64,000 bases of DNA from Octopus bimaculoides (taxonomy: Eukaryota), in NCBI RefSeq assembly GCF_001194135.2, contig NC_068992.1:52462826-52526825 (forward strand), in the 5' to 3' direction. The notes under the pieces are model-generated. The model ran no database searches and was not told where the DNA came from. It worked only from the letters and a program-made list of their open reading frames with translations. The translations under genes and the position numbers were made by a program. Shown here one piece after another: positions 1 through 11,930 of the stretch (its first letter is position 1; the number at the start of each line of letters is the position of its first letter).

Positions 1-62
1 CATCATCATCATCATCATCATCATCATCGTTGTCATCGTCATCGTCATTATCATCATCATCA
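1..62. repeat. (CAT)n/(CGT)n trinucleotide microsatellite
   Basis: Direct: catcatcat... run at the window start. Confidence 0.95.
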
Positions 63-1693
63 ACGTCATCTTCTTTTGATATTGTTGTCTATCTTGCTGT
101 TGTTATTGCCATCGTTTTTTTTTTTTTTATTGTTGCCATTGTCGTTAATAATGTAAGGTAGATTACATTGCTCATTCTTTGCAACTTCTTTCTTATTTTC
201 AAAGCTAATTTAAATATCTATGAATGTGAATTGAATTATATGAGAAATTCTGCCTTTAATGAGTCAAAATATGGTATATGTGCAAGCACGCGCACGCACA
301 CATCCCTCCACCCATATTCACATATGAACTCATCCATACACACAAATGTACATACTCAAAGACATCTCATTGTTAAATCCAAAAAATAAAGTCTGAATGA
401 TTGAAGGATTCTTGCCTCAATAGATTTGTTGAACCGCTTGACCGGTAATAAAGATAAATGTTGCTGTCCACCTCCTCACCATCTTAGTAGTTGGTTTGTT
501 TTTGTTCTTTTCTGAAATTTTCTTTTATAGGAGTTAGAATTAACTAATTAATTATTTAATATCAAGAACAAAATAGAAATGACAATTAAATATTCTGTAT
601 TGTGTACATGAATGTAAGTCCTTTCAACTGTCTGACAATTACTTTTGACATTTATATTTCTCAAAATTCTAGCAAGTATTTGTCTTTCACTGTTTTTGTA
701 ATTTTGTAGACTACAAACATTTTCTTTAAATTTCAAAGTAATTTTTAACATTTACACCTACTCTCTATTGTGTCTGTTTTATGTATATAATACCTGTCAT
801 AATTTATGGGTATAATACCTGTCTAGACACTAACTAAGAATGGCTCATCCCATAAGTTCTGTCTGAATTTTGAATAAAGAAAACAAGTGATCAGATGTTA
901 TATTTAATTGAAATTTAATCATCAATGTACTTTCCCTGATTATCTATGACGTCCTTCCATCTATTTTCAAGCTTTTTAATCCCATCAATGTAAAACTCTT
1001 TTGGTTTCAAAGCGAAGAACTATGAAATGTTAGTTTCAACCTCCACCTGCCTTGCAAAAGCTATGTCCCCCAAATGATTCTGTAAACTGAGTCCACATTT
1101 GTAATATTTCTTGTCTCNNNNNNNNNNNNNNNNNNNNNNNNNNNNNNNNNNNNNNNNNNNNNNNNNNNNNNNNNNNNNNNNNNNNNNNNNNNNNNNNNNN
1201 NNNNNNNNNNNNNNNNNNNNNNNNNNNNNNNNNNNNNNNNNNNNNNNNNNNNNNNNNNNNNNNNNNNNNNNNNNNNNNNNNNNNNNNNNNNNNNNNNNNN
1301 NNNNNNNNNNNNNNNNNNNNNNNNNNNNNNNNNNNNNNNNNNNNNNNNNNNNNNNNNNNNNNNNNNNNNNNNNNNNNNNNNNNNNNNNNNNNNNNNNNNN
1401 NNNNNNNNNNNNNNNNNNNNNNNNNNNNNNNNNNNNNNNNNNNNNNNNNNNNNNNNNNNNNNNNNNNNNNNNNNNNNNNNNNNNNNNNNNNNNNNNNNNN
1501 NNNNNNNNNNNNNNNNNNNNNNNNNNNNNNNNNNNNNNNNNNNNNNNNNNNNNNNNNNNNNNNNNNNNNNNNNNNNNNNNNNNNNNNNNNNNNNNNNNNN
1601 NNNNNNNNNNNNNNNNNNNNNNNNNNNNNNNNNNNNNNNNNNNNNNNNNNNNNNNNNNNNNNNNNNNNNNNNNNNNNNNNNNNNNNNNNNNAA

Positions 1694-1889
1694 AAATGAA
1701 TGAATGAATGTTGTTTTCACAGCGACAATGCTCTTCTCAGTACATGACTCGTTCCAGTTAGCACGATTTTTTGCACTTCCTGTAGGGATGGTAAGCCTGG
1801 TATCATTTTCAAATAGGTTTCAGTACCTTTTTTTATCATTCCTAGAGATCCAACAATCACTGGTATGGTAGTCACCTTGAGGTGCCACA

Positions 1890-1893
<4 letters not shown>
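1694..1893 (-). mobile_element. 3' end of an R4/Dong-type non-LTR retrotransposon (restriction-like endonuclease C-terminus), 5'-truncated against an (AAT)n tract
   Basis: Minus strand reads MWHLKVTTIPVIVGSLGMIKKG...LQEVQKIVLTGTSHVLRRALSL*. This matches the IPVVIGALG...LQKxxLLGTAHILRRxL C-terminus of R4/Dong RLE elements (family knowledge). Confidence 0.8.
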
Positions 1894-1896
<3 letters not shown>

Positions 1897-1958
<62 letters not shown>

Positions 1959-1972
1959 CATTATTGTTATTA
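1897..1972. repeat. (ATT)n microsatellite
   Basis: Direct; it abuts the truncated 5' end of the R4/Dong fragment. Confidence 0.95.
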
Positions 1973-2430
1973 TTCCTCCTCTTATACCTCTTCTCCCCTT
2001 CTTTCACCTTCCTTGTCGTCTCTTTTTCCTTTTGCTCCCTGATTCATTTTGCTGTTGTTCCTTGTCTTGATAATGTCTTTAATTTTTTTTCTTTGGTATT
2101 ATGGTTTATTTTATGTCAATAATTTTCAAAATGCAAAATAATGATATTTTTCTGTTTTAATCTGTTTGCATTTAGCTCAAAGCATGAAAGCGGACTGTGT
2201 TTCTTTTAATTTTTCTCACTCATTAAATAAAAAAAGATTCCGGGCATTTTGAATAAGTGTCTTACATTAAATAACATTAAACACAATTATATCGGTGAAG
2301 CACATTCCATAAACGGGCAAAAACCTTAAATTTTGCACAAATAAGATACAGGCCAAAACGAAAAAAGTAAATAAAGTAAATAAATATATTATAAAAATAA
2401 TATTCAAACATTTTGTGAAAAAATATTTCC

Positions 2431-2854
2431 AGGTGCAGGGGTGGCTGTGTGGTAAGTAGCTTGTTTACCAACCACATGGTTCCTGGTTCAGTCCCACTGT
2501 GTGGCACCTTTGGCAAGTGTCTTCTACTATAGCCTCAGGCCGACCAAAGCCTTGTGAGTGGATTTGGTAGACGGAAACTGAAAGAAGCTCATCATATATA
2601 TGTATATATATGTATATATATGTATGTGTGCTTGTGTGTCTGTGTTTTTCCCCTCAACATCGCTTGACAAATGATGCTGGTGTATTTACGTCCCCGTCAC
2701 TTAGTGGTTCGGCAAAAAGAGACCGATAGAATAAGTACTAGGCTTACAAAGAATAAGTCCTGGGGTCGATTTTCTCAACTAAAAGCAGTGCTCCAGCATG
2801 GCCGCAGTCAAATGATTGAAACAAGTAAAAGAGTAATGAGTAAAGAGTAAAGAG
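2431..2854 (+). mobile_element. SINE family A, full length: tRNA-derived head, CORE-like segment, internal (TA)n(TG)n, TAAAAGA(G) tail
   Basis: A-box-like GGCTGTGTGGTAAG, B-box-like GGTTCAGTCC and CCTTTGGCAAGTGTCTT. About 12 full or partial copies occur in the window. Confidence 0.9.
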
Positions 2855-2865
2855 TGGTTTTAGAA

Positions 2866-3432
2866 TAAATGTTATGAATGATGACAGTTGCATCAGGAAG
2901 TGCCAGGCTCTGCATGTGGAGGGAACATATGGAAGGGTTAGACCCAGGAAGATGCTGGATGTAGTGGTGCAAGAGGATCTTCAGATGGTGGGCCTCACAG
3001 AAGAGATAACAGGGGACCAAGACTTCTGGCAGTTTGCTGTGCTCAAGAAAACACAACAGGCTAAGTAAATACCAGGTTGTCCTTATACACAGGCATGTCT
3101 CCTGCATCAGTCTTCAGCTGAGGGTTCCTGATCTTCCAGGCTTGTGGGTGCTGGTGCCACAAAAAGAAATAAAAAGCACCAGTACCGGTGCCATATAAAA
3201 GCACTCATGTCAGTGCTGCGTGAAGGCACACAGTACACACTGTAAAGTGGTTGGCATTAGGAAGGGCTTCCAGCTGTAGAAACCATGCCGAAACAGACAC
3301 GAGCCCTAGGCAACTCTCTCCAGCTGACTAACTCCTATCAAACTGCCCAACCCATGCTGGCATGGAAAAAGGATATTAAATGATGATGATGATGATGATG
3401 GTGATGGTGATGATGATGATGATGATGATGAT
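2866..3432 (+). mobile_element. 5'-truncated RTE-clade LINE: ORF C-terminus, 3' UTR and (GAT)n tail
   Basis: ORF 2874-3068 DSCIRKCQALHVEGTYGRVRPRKMLDVVVQEDL resembles the RTE GRPRKTW C-terminus. The 3' UTR motif GGCATTAGGAAGGGC.TCCAGCTGTAGAAAC recurs at 11.5, 17.0, 17.2, 49.9 and 58.0 kb. Confidence 0.8.
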
Positions 3433-3899
3433 GAATTTGATGAGTTGCATAAAAGCAACACTACACATATGCAAACGGTTTCTTTGTCACTTGAAAAACC
3501 AGGGAAAAGGCTAGTAGTTGGCAACAACAAGTAAATATTTAATATGAATGAACTGGTTGTAAAAAAGACATTTTGACACAAAACCGAAGAAAAAAATATA
3601 AATAAAACAACAAAGTGACATTTGTTTCTACCAGACATTTTTTTAATTCAAATAAATGATGAATTCTAAGTGACTTTCAAATGTATTACAAAATTGATTT
3701 GATTTTGTTCCAACACCGTAGTGGGTATATTCAGAGATATCAACAGGTCAAACCTGAGAACTGAGCAAGCTTTATAAGAAGCAAAAGTCCAACCAAAACC
3801 ATTTAACTGGATTTTATAGATGGGAAGTGAAAGAAACTTGTTCACTACAAGCATGTGCACGTATGCACATATACACATATGCACACATATTTGTATGTA

Positions 3900-4700
3900 T
3901 TAGGTTGTCAAGAAAGTTCTTGCGGAATTTTTAATTTTGGCTTTAAATGATGTATTTTCAAATTAAGTTTTGTTAAATTACTTTGACTTTATATATCATT
4001 TTAAAGCCCGTTTCTTGCTCTATCTAATCGTGTTACTCTTTTTCTTTTTTAATAATTAGGCCATTTTTTCCGGAATGTTGAATACAATATGGACAAAATG
4101 CAAATTCGCACAATTTTCTTATTCCAGTTCAAGCTCATGATATCAACGATATCATGAGCTAATGAACGTACAGCACAATGGTGGTTCAAGAAATTTCGTA
4201 GCAGTGACGAGAGTCTTGAAGATGATAAGCGTAGTGGTCGGCCATCGGATGTTGACAACGATCAACTAAGAGCCTTAGTCAAAACCAATCCATGCACAAC
4301 TGTTCAAGTGCTTGATTCTGAATTAGACGTAATGTATACGACAGTTTCCTACCACTTGAAAGAGATTGGAAAAACAAAAATACTAGAGAAATGGGTGCCG
4401 CACGAATTGAACAACAACCAAAAAAATGCCATTTTGAAGTGTCGTCTTCCCTTCTTTTACACAACAAAAATGACACATTTCTCGACCGGATTATGACTTG
4501 TAATGAAAAGTGGATTCTTTACAAAAACCAGCAATGCTCAGCTCAGTGGTTGGATGCCGACGAAGCTCCACAGCCCTTCCCGAAGCCAAAGTTGCATTAA
4601 AAGAAGGTCATGGTGACTGTTTGGTGGTCTGCAGCCGGTCTCATCATCCATCACAGCTTTTTTTGTATCCAGGCGAAACCATTACGGCGGAGAATAAAAG
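3900..4700 (+). mobile_element. Mariner transposon (cecropia/Hsmar1-like), degraded 5' part; the rest is lost in (TA)n and a gap
   Basis: TA followed by TIR TTAGGTTGTCAAGAAAGTTCTTGCGG. Frameshifted transposase MDKMQIRTIFLFQFKL...WFKKF...SGRPSDVDNDQL...WVPHEL...TCNEKWILY...KKVMVTVWWSAAG. Confidence 0.92.
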
Positions 4701-5572
4701 AATATATATATATATACATTATATATNNNNNNNNNNNNNNNNNNNNNNNNNNNNNNNNNNNNNNNNNNNNNNNNNNNNNNNNNNNNNNNNNNNNNNNNNN
4801 NNNNNNNNNNNNNNNNNNNNNNNNNNNNNNNNNNNNNNNNNNNNNNNNNNNNNNNNNNNNNNNNNNNNNNNNNNNNNNNNNNNNNNNNNNNNNNNNNNNN
4901 NNNNNNNNNNNNNNNNNNNNNNNNNNNNNNNNNNNNNNNNNNNNNNNNNNNNNNNNNNNNNNNNNNNNNNNNNNNNNNNNNNNNNNNNNNNNNNNNNNNN
5001 NNNNNNNNNNNNNNNNNNNNNNNNNNNNNNNNNNNNNNNNNNNNNNNNNNNNNNNNNNNNNNNNNNNNNNNNNNNNNNNNNNNNNNNNNNNNNNNNNNNN
5101 NNNNNNNNNNNNNNNNNNNNNNNNNNNNNNNNNNNNNNNNNNNNNNNNNNNNNNNNNNNNNNNNNNNNNNNNNNNNNNNNNNNNNNNNNNNNNNNNNNNN
5201 NNNNNNNNNNNNNNNNNNNNNNNNNNNNNNNNNNNNNNNNNNNNNNNNNNNNNNNNNNNNNNNNNNNNNNNNNNNNNNNNNNNNNNNNNNNNNNNNNNNN
5301 NNNNNNNNNNNNNNNNNNNNNNNNNNNNNNNNNNNNNNNNNNNNNNNNNNNNNNNNNNNNNNNNNNNNNNNNNNNNNNNNNNNNNNNNNNNNNNNNNNNN
5401 NNNNNNNNNNNNNNNNNNNNNNNNNNNNNNNNNNNNNNNNNNNNNNNNNNNNNNNNNNNNNNNNNNNNNNNNNNNNNNNNNNNNNNNNNNNNNNNNNNNN
5501 NNNNNNNNNNNNNNNNNNNNNNNNNNNNNNNNNNNNNNNNNNNNNNNNNNNNNNNNNNNNNNNNNNNNNNNN

Positions 5573-5618
<46 letters not shown>

Positions 5619-6189
5619 TATATGTATATATATAAATATATATATATTTTTATATATATATACATGCATATGTACATACAAATATATATGTACACACACA
5701 CGCACATATATATACAAGTACATATATGTATGACTGTGTTTCTATTAAGTTAGATAAAGTTTGATCCTCTCTACTGTCATCTCAAAGCTGTCTGAGGTTA
5801 TGGAAGGTTATTATTTCAAATTAAATCCTATTGAGAGAACAGTCACGCTCAAATCTATGACACCTCTCAATCTAATAATTAATCAACTAACAGCAGTATT
5901 TCCCTCTATTCCTCTCTATTAAAGTTTAGTATCTGCTCAAACATACACATGCATGCACATTTTATATTAGCTTGTTTTTTTCTAATGTCGATAAAAAGCT
6001 TAGAATATTTCTAGGTATAGTTTTAATCACTTCTGTGTATCAAGTTTAGAAACTATTTAATGAAAAAGAACAACTAAGAAATTACTTATGTAGTGAAGGA
6101 TTGAGTAAATTCTCTATTAGCACAATGGAAAATGTCTGGCATTGTTGAGAGCAGGAAATGATTGATAACAAAATTTACTGATAGTATCG

Positions 6190-6350
6190 TTACAGCATCA
6201 TAGAAAATATCTTGCAGTATTTATTATGCCTCTTTATGTTTAGAGTTCAAATTCTTCCAAAGCCAAATTTAGCCTTTATTCTTCCAGTTTTGATAAATTA
6301 TGGTAGCATCAAGCAACTGGGATCAATTTAAATGTCTCACCCCATCTGCT
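6190..6350 (+). mobile_element. SINE family B, old decayed copy
   Basis: GAGTTCAAATTC...CCTTTATTCTTCC...ACTGGGATCAAT aligns with other B copies. Confidence 0.55.
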
Positions 6351-6533
6351 ACTAATAACTTTATCTATTATGGGATAGAAAGCCAGATATTTCAGTGCAA
6401 CTGTTTGTTGATTAAATCAACCACAGCATTTATCTGTTGCTTTCTTAAGGTACTGAATGACATGTAAAATGATGATCTGCATGTTAAGTACTGATATCTC
6501 TTGGTAAAATTAATAATGAGTATACTAATTAGT

Positions 6534-6590
6534 GAAAGCACGTGGCTTAGTGGTTAGCGTATTGGACTCACGATCATGGCTGCATAGCTC
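6534..6590 (+). mobile_element. tRNA-derived SINE head fragment (same head as the 27.4 kb copy)
   Basis: TGAAAGCACGTGGCTTAGTGGTTAGCGTATTGGACTCACGATC contains an A box and matches the reverse complement of 27430-27476. Confidence 0.65.
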
Positions 6591-6599
6591 AAGCATCCC

Positions 6600-7620
6600 T
6601 CCAAGGGGTTAAGGGACTTGTCAATTGTCAATACTAATCACTGTTATATGTCAAATGTGGAGGCGCAATGGCCCAGTGGTTAGGGCAGCAGACTAGCAGT
6701 CATAGGATCGCGGTTTCGATTCCCAGACCGGGCGTTGTGAGTGTTTATTGAGCGAAAACACCTAAAGCTCCACGAGGCTCCGGCAGGGGATGGTGGCGAA
6801 CCCTGCTGTACTCTTTTACCACAACTTTCTCTCACTCTTACTTTAGGTTTCTGTTATGCCTGTAATTCAAAGGGTCAGCCTTGTCACACTGTGTCACGCT
6901 GAATCTCTCCGAGAACTACATTAAGGGTACATGTTTCTGTGGAGTGCTCAGCCACTTGCATGTTAATTTCACGAGCAGGCTGTTCTGTTGATCGGATCAA
7001 GTGAAACCCTTGACGGCGTAAGCAACAGAGTGCCAACAACGACAACAACATATATGTCAAATAAAAGGCATTGACAACACACTCGATTTATTAGTATCAA
7101 TGTTTTGACTTCATTTGTTAGGAGTATTCCTAAATTTATAGCCTGGGTAAAGGGCAGGGTTTTTGTGAATGTATAGTTTTTCCAGTTAAAGTATGCCATG
7201 CTGGAAATAATATAGTATTAGTAAAGATAAAACCAGAATGCTGTTGACATTAAAATATTTGTGATACTTCTGGATTCATGGGGAATGATGTAGATATATC
7301 CGAGTTGAGTAGAGGATTGAACCTGGTTACTTTCTTCTTTTCATTTCTCATTGGCCATGGAGATGTGTAGACGATCCGCAATATACATTAAACACTTCTC
7401 TATTGCTTTATTATAATGGGAGGTGGCTTTCTGAAGATCTCATAGAGATTCTTGTGATTAAATCTCAAAATATTGCTGGGGAGTGGGGGCAGGAGTTTCC
7501 ATGGATGGAACTAATGTCCTCGTTAGAATTTCTGTAGTAATGATATATGCCCTTCCTGAGGTCTATGGTTATACCCAGAAAGTCAGCCTGAGTTAAGCTA
7601 TTAGTGTTCGTTTGATTTTA
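6600..7620 (-). mobile_element. Penelope-like retroelement fossil (RT thumb/linker and C-terminal Cys region), interrupted by a SINE D insertion
   Basis: Minus-strand frames give QADFLGITIDLRKGIYHYYRNSNEDISSIHGNS, SNREVFN, KKKVTRFNPLLN, HKYFNVNSI, KPCPL and RVCCQCL. These are colinear with the PLE motifs FLDVTFDL..Y.PYRKPN, WFNPPF, HKIFN.NT and RCNLCL. Stops and frameshifts are present. Confidence 0.72.
6657..7050 (+). mobile_element. SINE family D, full length, (CAA)n tail, 12-bp target-site duplication
   Basis: A box TGGCCCAGTGG and B box GTTTCGATTCC. TATATGTCAAAT occurs at both 6645-6656 and 7051-7062. Confidence 0.92.
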
Positions 7621-7727
7621 TGTGTACACATACATAAAATACCAGTTTTTCAACACACACATTAAAATATCACTCATGCTCACTCTCCCGACACACTTAC
7701 ACAAACACATATATTTATATATTTATA

Positions 7728-8361
7728 CAGGGTGCGATGGATAAATTGCCACCATTTTATATTTTTAATTTCATACATGCGCATTGTTTTGATTTTGTCA
7801 ACTACTCTGTATAGTAGGGTCAGTTGGACACCATCTGTGAGAAAACAGCATCATAATGCAAGTCAGTCTGCCATAGATTTGGAAACGACATGCTGTACTG
7901 CTTGGCATGCATGCCAGAAGCTCCAATAAAAGCATTTGAGAGTGCTTGGATGTCAATCTGAGGACAGTGCAGAGGATTCAGAATGAGTTGGATGAGTCTA
8001 ATGGTGATTACAAAGGTACAGCAGCTCGGAAAACTCGCTCTCATCATTCTGATAAGAAAAGAACTCCATTCATCTTCCCACACGCCCTCAGACTCAACAC
8101 AGAGACCTATGTCAAGTACCTGGAGGAGGTAGTACTGCCCTGAGTCAAGACAGTGGCTGCTGGAAGATTCTATGTCTGGCAACAAGACTCTGCACCATGC
8201 CACACAATCAGGACAACCCAATTATTATGTGTGGGGTGCAGTTGAACAAGAGACGAACAAAACTCCTTGTAACACCAAAGATGGACTGAAGGCAAGGATT
8301 ATGAGATGTCAGTGTTGTTTTCATTCTTCTGTAATTTAGACAATTTATACACTGCACCCTG
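7728..8361 (+). mobile_element. Internally deleted Tc1/mariner-superfamily transposon (maT/DD37D-like)
   Basis: TIRs CAGGGTGCGATGGATAAATTGCC and revcomp CAGGGTGCAGTGTATAAATTGTC, with TA on the left. Remnants NLRTVQRI, YVKYLEEVVLP, WQQDSAPCHT and YYVWGAVE. Confidence 0.85.
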
Positions 8362-8464
8362 CATCAATTTAGATATGCATATATCTCACACACCCAAATC
8401 TATCTCTGTCACTCTCATTCTCTCTCTCTCCATCTATCTATCTCCCTATATATATATATACACA

Positions 8465-8530
8465 TCAGTGGCGTGCGGTGCCTTCCGGGGTTGGGCATGC
8501 AATGAATCCCCCTCCCCCACTGGCAATTTT
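8465..8530 (+). mobile_element. Possible hAT-type terminus (CAGTGGCGTGCG...)
   Basis: CpG-rich start resembling hAT CAGTGGCG termini. No partner TIR was found and a gap lies nearby. Confidence 0.3.
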
Positions 8531-9968
8531 CCAGTAAAAGAATTTTCGTATTCCTACGATTTACATAGGGGAGATTCTGAATATGCAGTCACCCCCGTAT
8601 GATCTAGAATAAGCAGGGNNNNNNNNNNCGATTCTGCATTAGCCCCTATACCTATTGGCTCAGCTGAATCAATTTGAATTGATTTAATAAAGAGAACACA
8701 TTCAGTTACATTATATGGCCATGGTTTTAGATAGACTACACCCAGCAGCACAGAAGGGAAAACCTATGTAGGTTAGCTGTTACGAAGAAGTCGAACCATT
8801 TCTCCTGCGAAACAATACTGATGTAAGAAGGTCGAAACTTACGTTATAACAAACACTAACCAAAACCTGCAATATATGCCCTTTAATATATTAAGTTTTT
8901 TTTTTAATGTTCTAAAATGTTATTTACCCCATTTATAAATTAATTCAATTCTTCGATCTTTCTGGACAAATATATCTATCATATTTTCGTAGAAATCTTC
9001 TCTTTTCGTCAATTGTTGTAATAAATCTTTTTCAATTGACATTAGTGCTAACCCAGACAGTTTTCTTTCTCCTGTCGCATTTCTTTGGTATATTTAGACT
9101 CTACTTAATACAGAANNNNNNNNNNNNNNNNNNNNNNNNNNNNNNNNNNNNNNNNNNNNNNNNNNNNNNNNNNNNNNNNNNNNNNNNNNNNNNNNNNNNN
9201 NNNNNNNNNNNNNNNNNNNNNNNNNNNNNNNNNNNNNNNNNNNNNNNNNNNNNNNNNNNNNNNNNNNNNNNNNNNNNNNNNNNNNNNNNNNNNNNNNNNN
9301 NNNNNNNNNNNNNNNNNNNNNNNNNNNNNNNNNNNNNNNNNNNNNNNNNNNNNNNNNNNNNNNNNNNNNNNNNNNNNNNNNNNNNNNNNNNNNNNNNNNN
9401 NNNNNNNNNNNNNNNNNNNNNNNNNNNNNNNNNNNNNNNNNNNNNNNNNNNNNNNNNNNNNNNNNNNNNNNNNNNNNNNNNNNNNNNNNNNNNNNNNNNN
9501 NNNNNNNNNNNNNNNNNNNNNNNNNNNNNNNNNNNNNNNNNNNNNNNNNNNNNNNNNNNNNNNNNNNNNNNNNNNNNNNNNNNNNNNNNNNNNNNNNNNN
9601 NNNNNNNNNNNNNNNNNNNNNNNNNNNNNNNNNNNNNNNNNNNNNNNNNNNNNNNNNNNNNNNNNNNNNNNNNNNNNNNNNNNNNNNNNNNNNNNNNNNN
9701 NNNNNNNNNNNNNNNNNNNNNNNNNNNNNNNNNNNNNNNNNNNNNNNNNNNNNNNNNNNNNNNNNNNNNNNNNNNNNNNNNNNNNNNNNNNNNNNNNNNN
9801 NNNNNNNNNNNNNNNNNNNNNNNNNNNNNNNNNNNNNNNNNNNNNNNNNNNNNNNNNNNNNNNNNNNNNNNNNNNNNNNNNNNNNNAGTCAATTTCAACA
9901 AAACGAAAAAATAACGTTAGTAAAATTAATTAAAGATTAATTAGCTACTTCTGAAATAAGAAATTCAA

Positions 9969-10150
9969 ACTTACCGCCAGTTTATTCCGACATTTCAGTT
10001 GGCTAACTCAGGAATTATGGGATTGCCCTTTGTTCGTGTCAGAAAGTGGAACGAGGTTAGCAACAATTCTACACTAACAAAGAGACAGAGAGGGGGTGTC
10101 ACGTGGTCTTCTTCTCAAAGCAGACGTACGAGTCAGTGAGAGAGGGGGAA
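9969..10150 (-). promoter_or_regulatory. Candidate promoter and non-coding first exon of a minus-strand gene
   Basis: Locally CpG-rich unique sequence with an E-box GTCACGTGG (~10098) and GTTAGCAAC. A strong minus-strand donor GGCG|GTAAGT lies at 9969-9974. No coding support. Confidence 0.3.
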
Positions 10151-10500
10151 GTGGAGGAAGAATATTTTGAAAACACCTGGATGGAGTTTCTTTGAAACAA
10201 AAGTAACTATTTTATCTAATTTTCCGATGATATGGACAAAAAATCACAGACCATGCAGCGCTTACCTTGCATGCCTGAGAGTGCACGCCCGTGATACACA
10301 TACACACGCACACATACACATGCACATACACATACACATACACACGCACACACAAACGTTATTTCGGTTCAATTTTCCTTGAAGACTTCAGTTGAAGAAA
10401 CAAAAACACTAATAACAAATTATCCAAAATTTCGACTGCCTACATATACATAGATACATATTATATACATAGAAACACACACACACACACACACACACAT

Positions 10501-10547
<47 letters not shown>

Positions 10548-11167
10548 CAAGCACACACAGTACACACGCATACATACACGGGCATGTATACATACATTCA
10601 AGCATACATACACGAACATTTGTACATATAAGGATAGATAGGTGTGCATTGTCACTGACTGAAGTATTGCAAAGTGAGAAGAGCAATGTAGAATGAAGTG
10701 GAAGTAATTGAAAAGCAGACCTATATAGCGTTATCTAGAAAATTTGTTTCAGAACAAGAACAATGTGGTAAGTGATAATGATAATGCATTATCTCTTTCA
10801 TGATTCCTTCAGGTATTATTGGTTATAAAAATGACACATAAGAAAGAGTAGTGTAGCTAATAAGAGAATTCAGCTAATGTCGCTGCCGTCATCGTAGTCA
10901 TCTTTATCATCATCTTCATCATCATCATGAAAAGGATGATGATGGTGATGACGACAACAACAACAGCAGTACTACAAGAAACACCATAAAAAAAAAACTA
11001 AAATCAATGGAGCAAACAGCAACACAAGCACCACCACCACCAACTACAACACCGCAACCATTATTATCATCATTTTGATGCCTGTCTTTCTTTTGCTGGT
11101 ATGGGTTGACTTGTATATACGATAATATTTTATGACTGGATGCCCTACATATTTTACATGTGTAAAG

Positions 11168-11207
<40 letters not shown>

Positions 11208-11268
11208 TTAACTATCTATCTATCTATCTATCTATTTATCTATCTGTCTATTTATCTATCTATCTATC

Positions 11269-11299
<31 letters not shown>

Positions 11300-11412
11300 G
11301 TGTCTGTGAAAAATCAATTAAAGCTTGACATCATTTTTCTCAATCTGCTGAGAAATAATTAAACTTGCTAGGTTTATGTCTACTGCATTTAAGCATTACA
11401 AAGCCAACAATC

Positions 11413-11907
11413 AGGTGCAGGCATGGCTGTGCGGTAAGAAGCTTGCTTCCCAACCACATGGTTCTGAGTTCAGTCCCATTGTGTGGCACATTGGAGTGAT
11501 TAGCATTAGGAAGGGCATCCAGCTGTAGAAACTATGCCAAATCAGATAGGAACTTGTTGCAGCCTCCTGGCTTGCCAGTCCTCAGTCATACTGTCAACCC
11601 CATAGTAGCATGGAAAGTGGACATTAAACGATGATGATGATGATATGTATGTATATATGTATGTGTGTGTGTGTGTGTGTGTGTCTTTTGTATGTGTTTG
11701 TCCCCCCCCACCATCACTTGACAACCGATGTTGGTGTGTTTACCTCCCCATAACTAAACAGTTCAGCACAAAAGACAGGTATAATAAGTACTAGTCTTAC
11801 AAAGAATAAGTCCTGGGGTTGGTTTGTTTGACTAAAATACCTCTTTAATGTGATGCTCCAGCATGATCACAGTGAAATGCCTGAAACAAATAAATGAATA
11901 AAAGAAT
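11413..11907 (+). mobile_element. Chimeric SINE A: head (11413-11490), RTE 3' end with (GAT)n (11491-11644), then SINE A 3' half
   Basis: Direct alignment to the intact SINE A (2431, 38166) and to the RTE 3' UTR (3230-3430). Confidence 0.85.
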
Positions 11908-11930
11908 CTATATATAAATATATATATATA

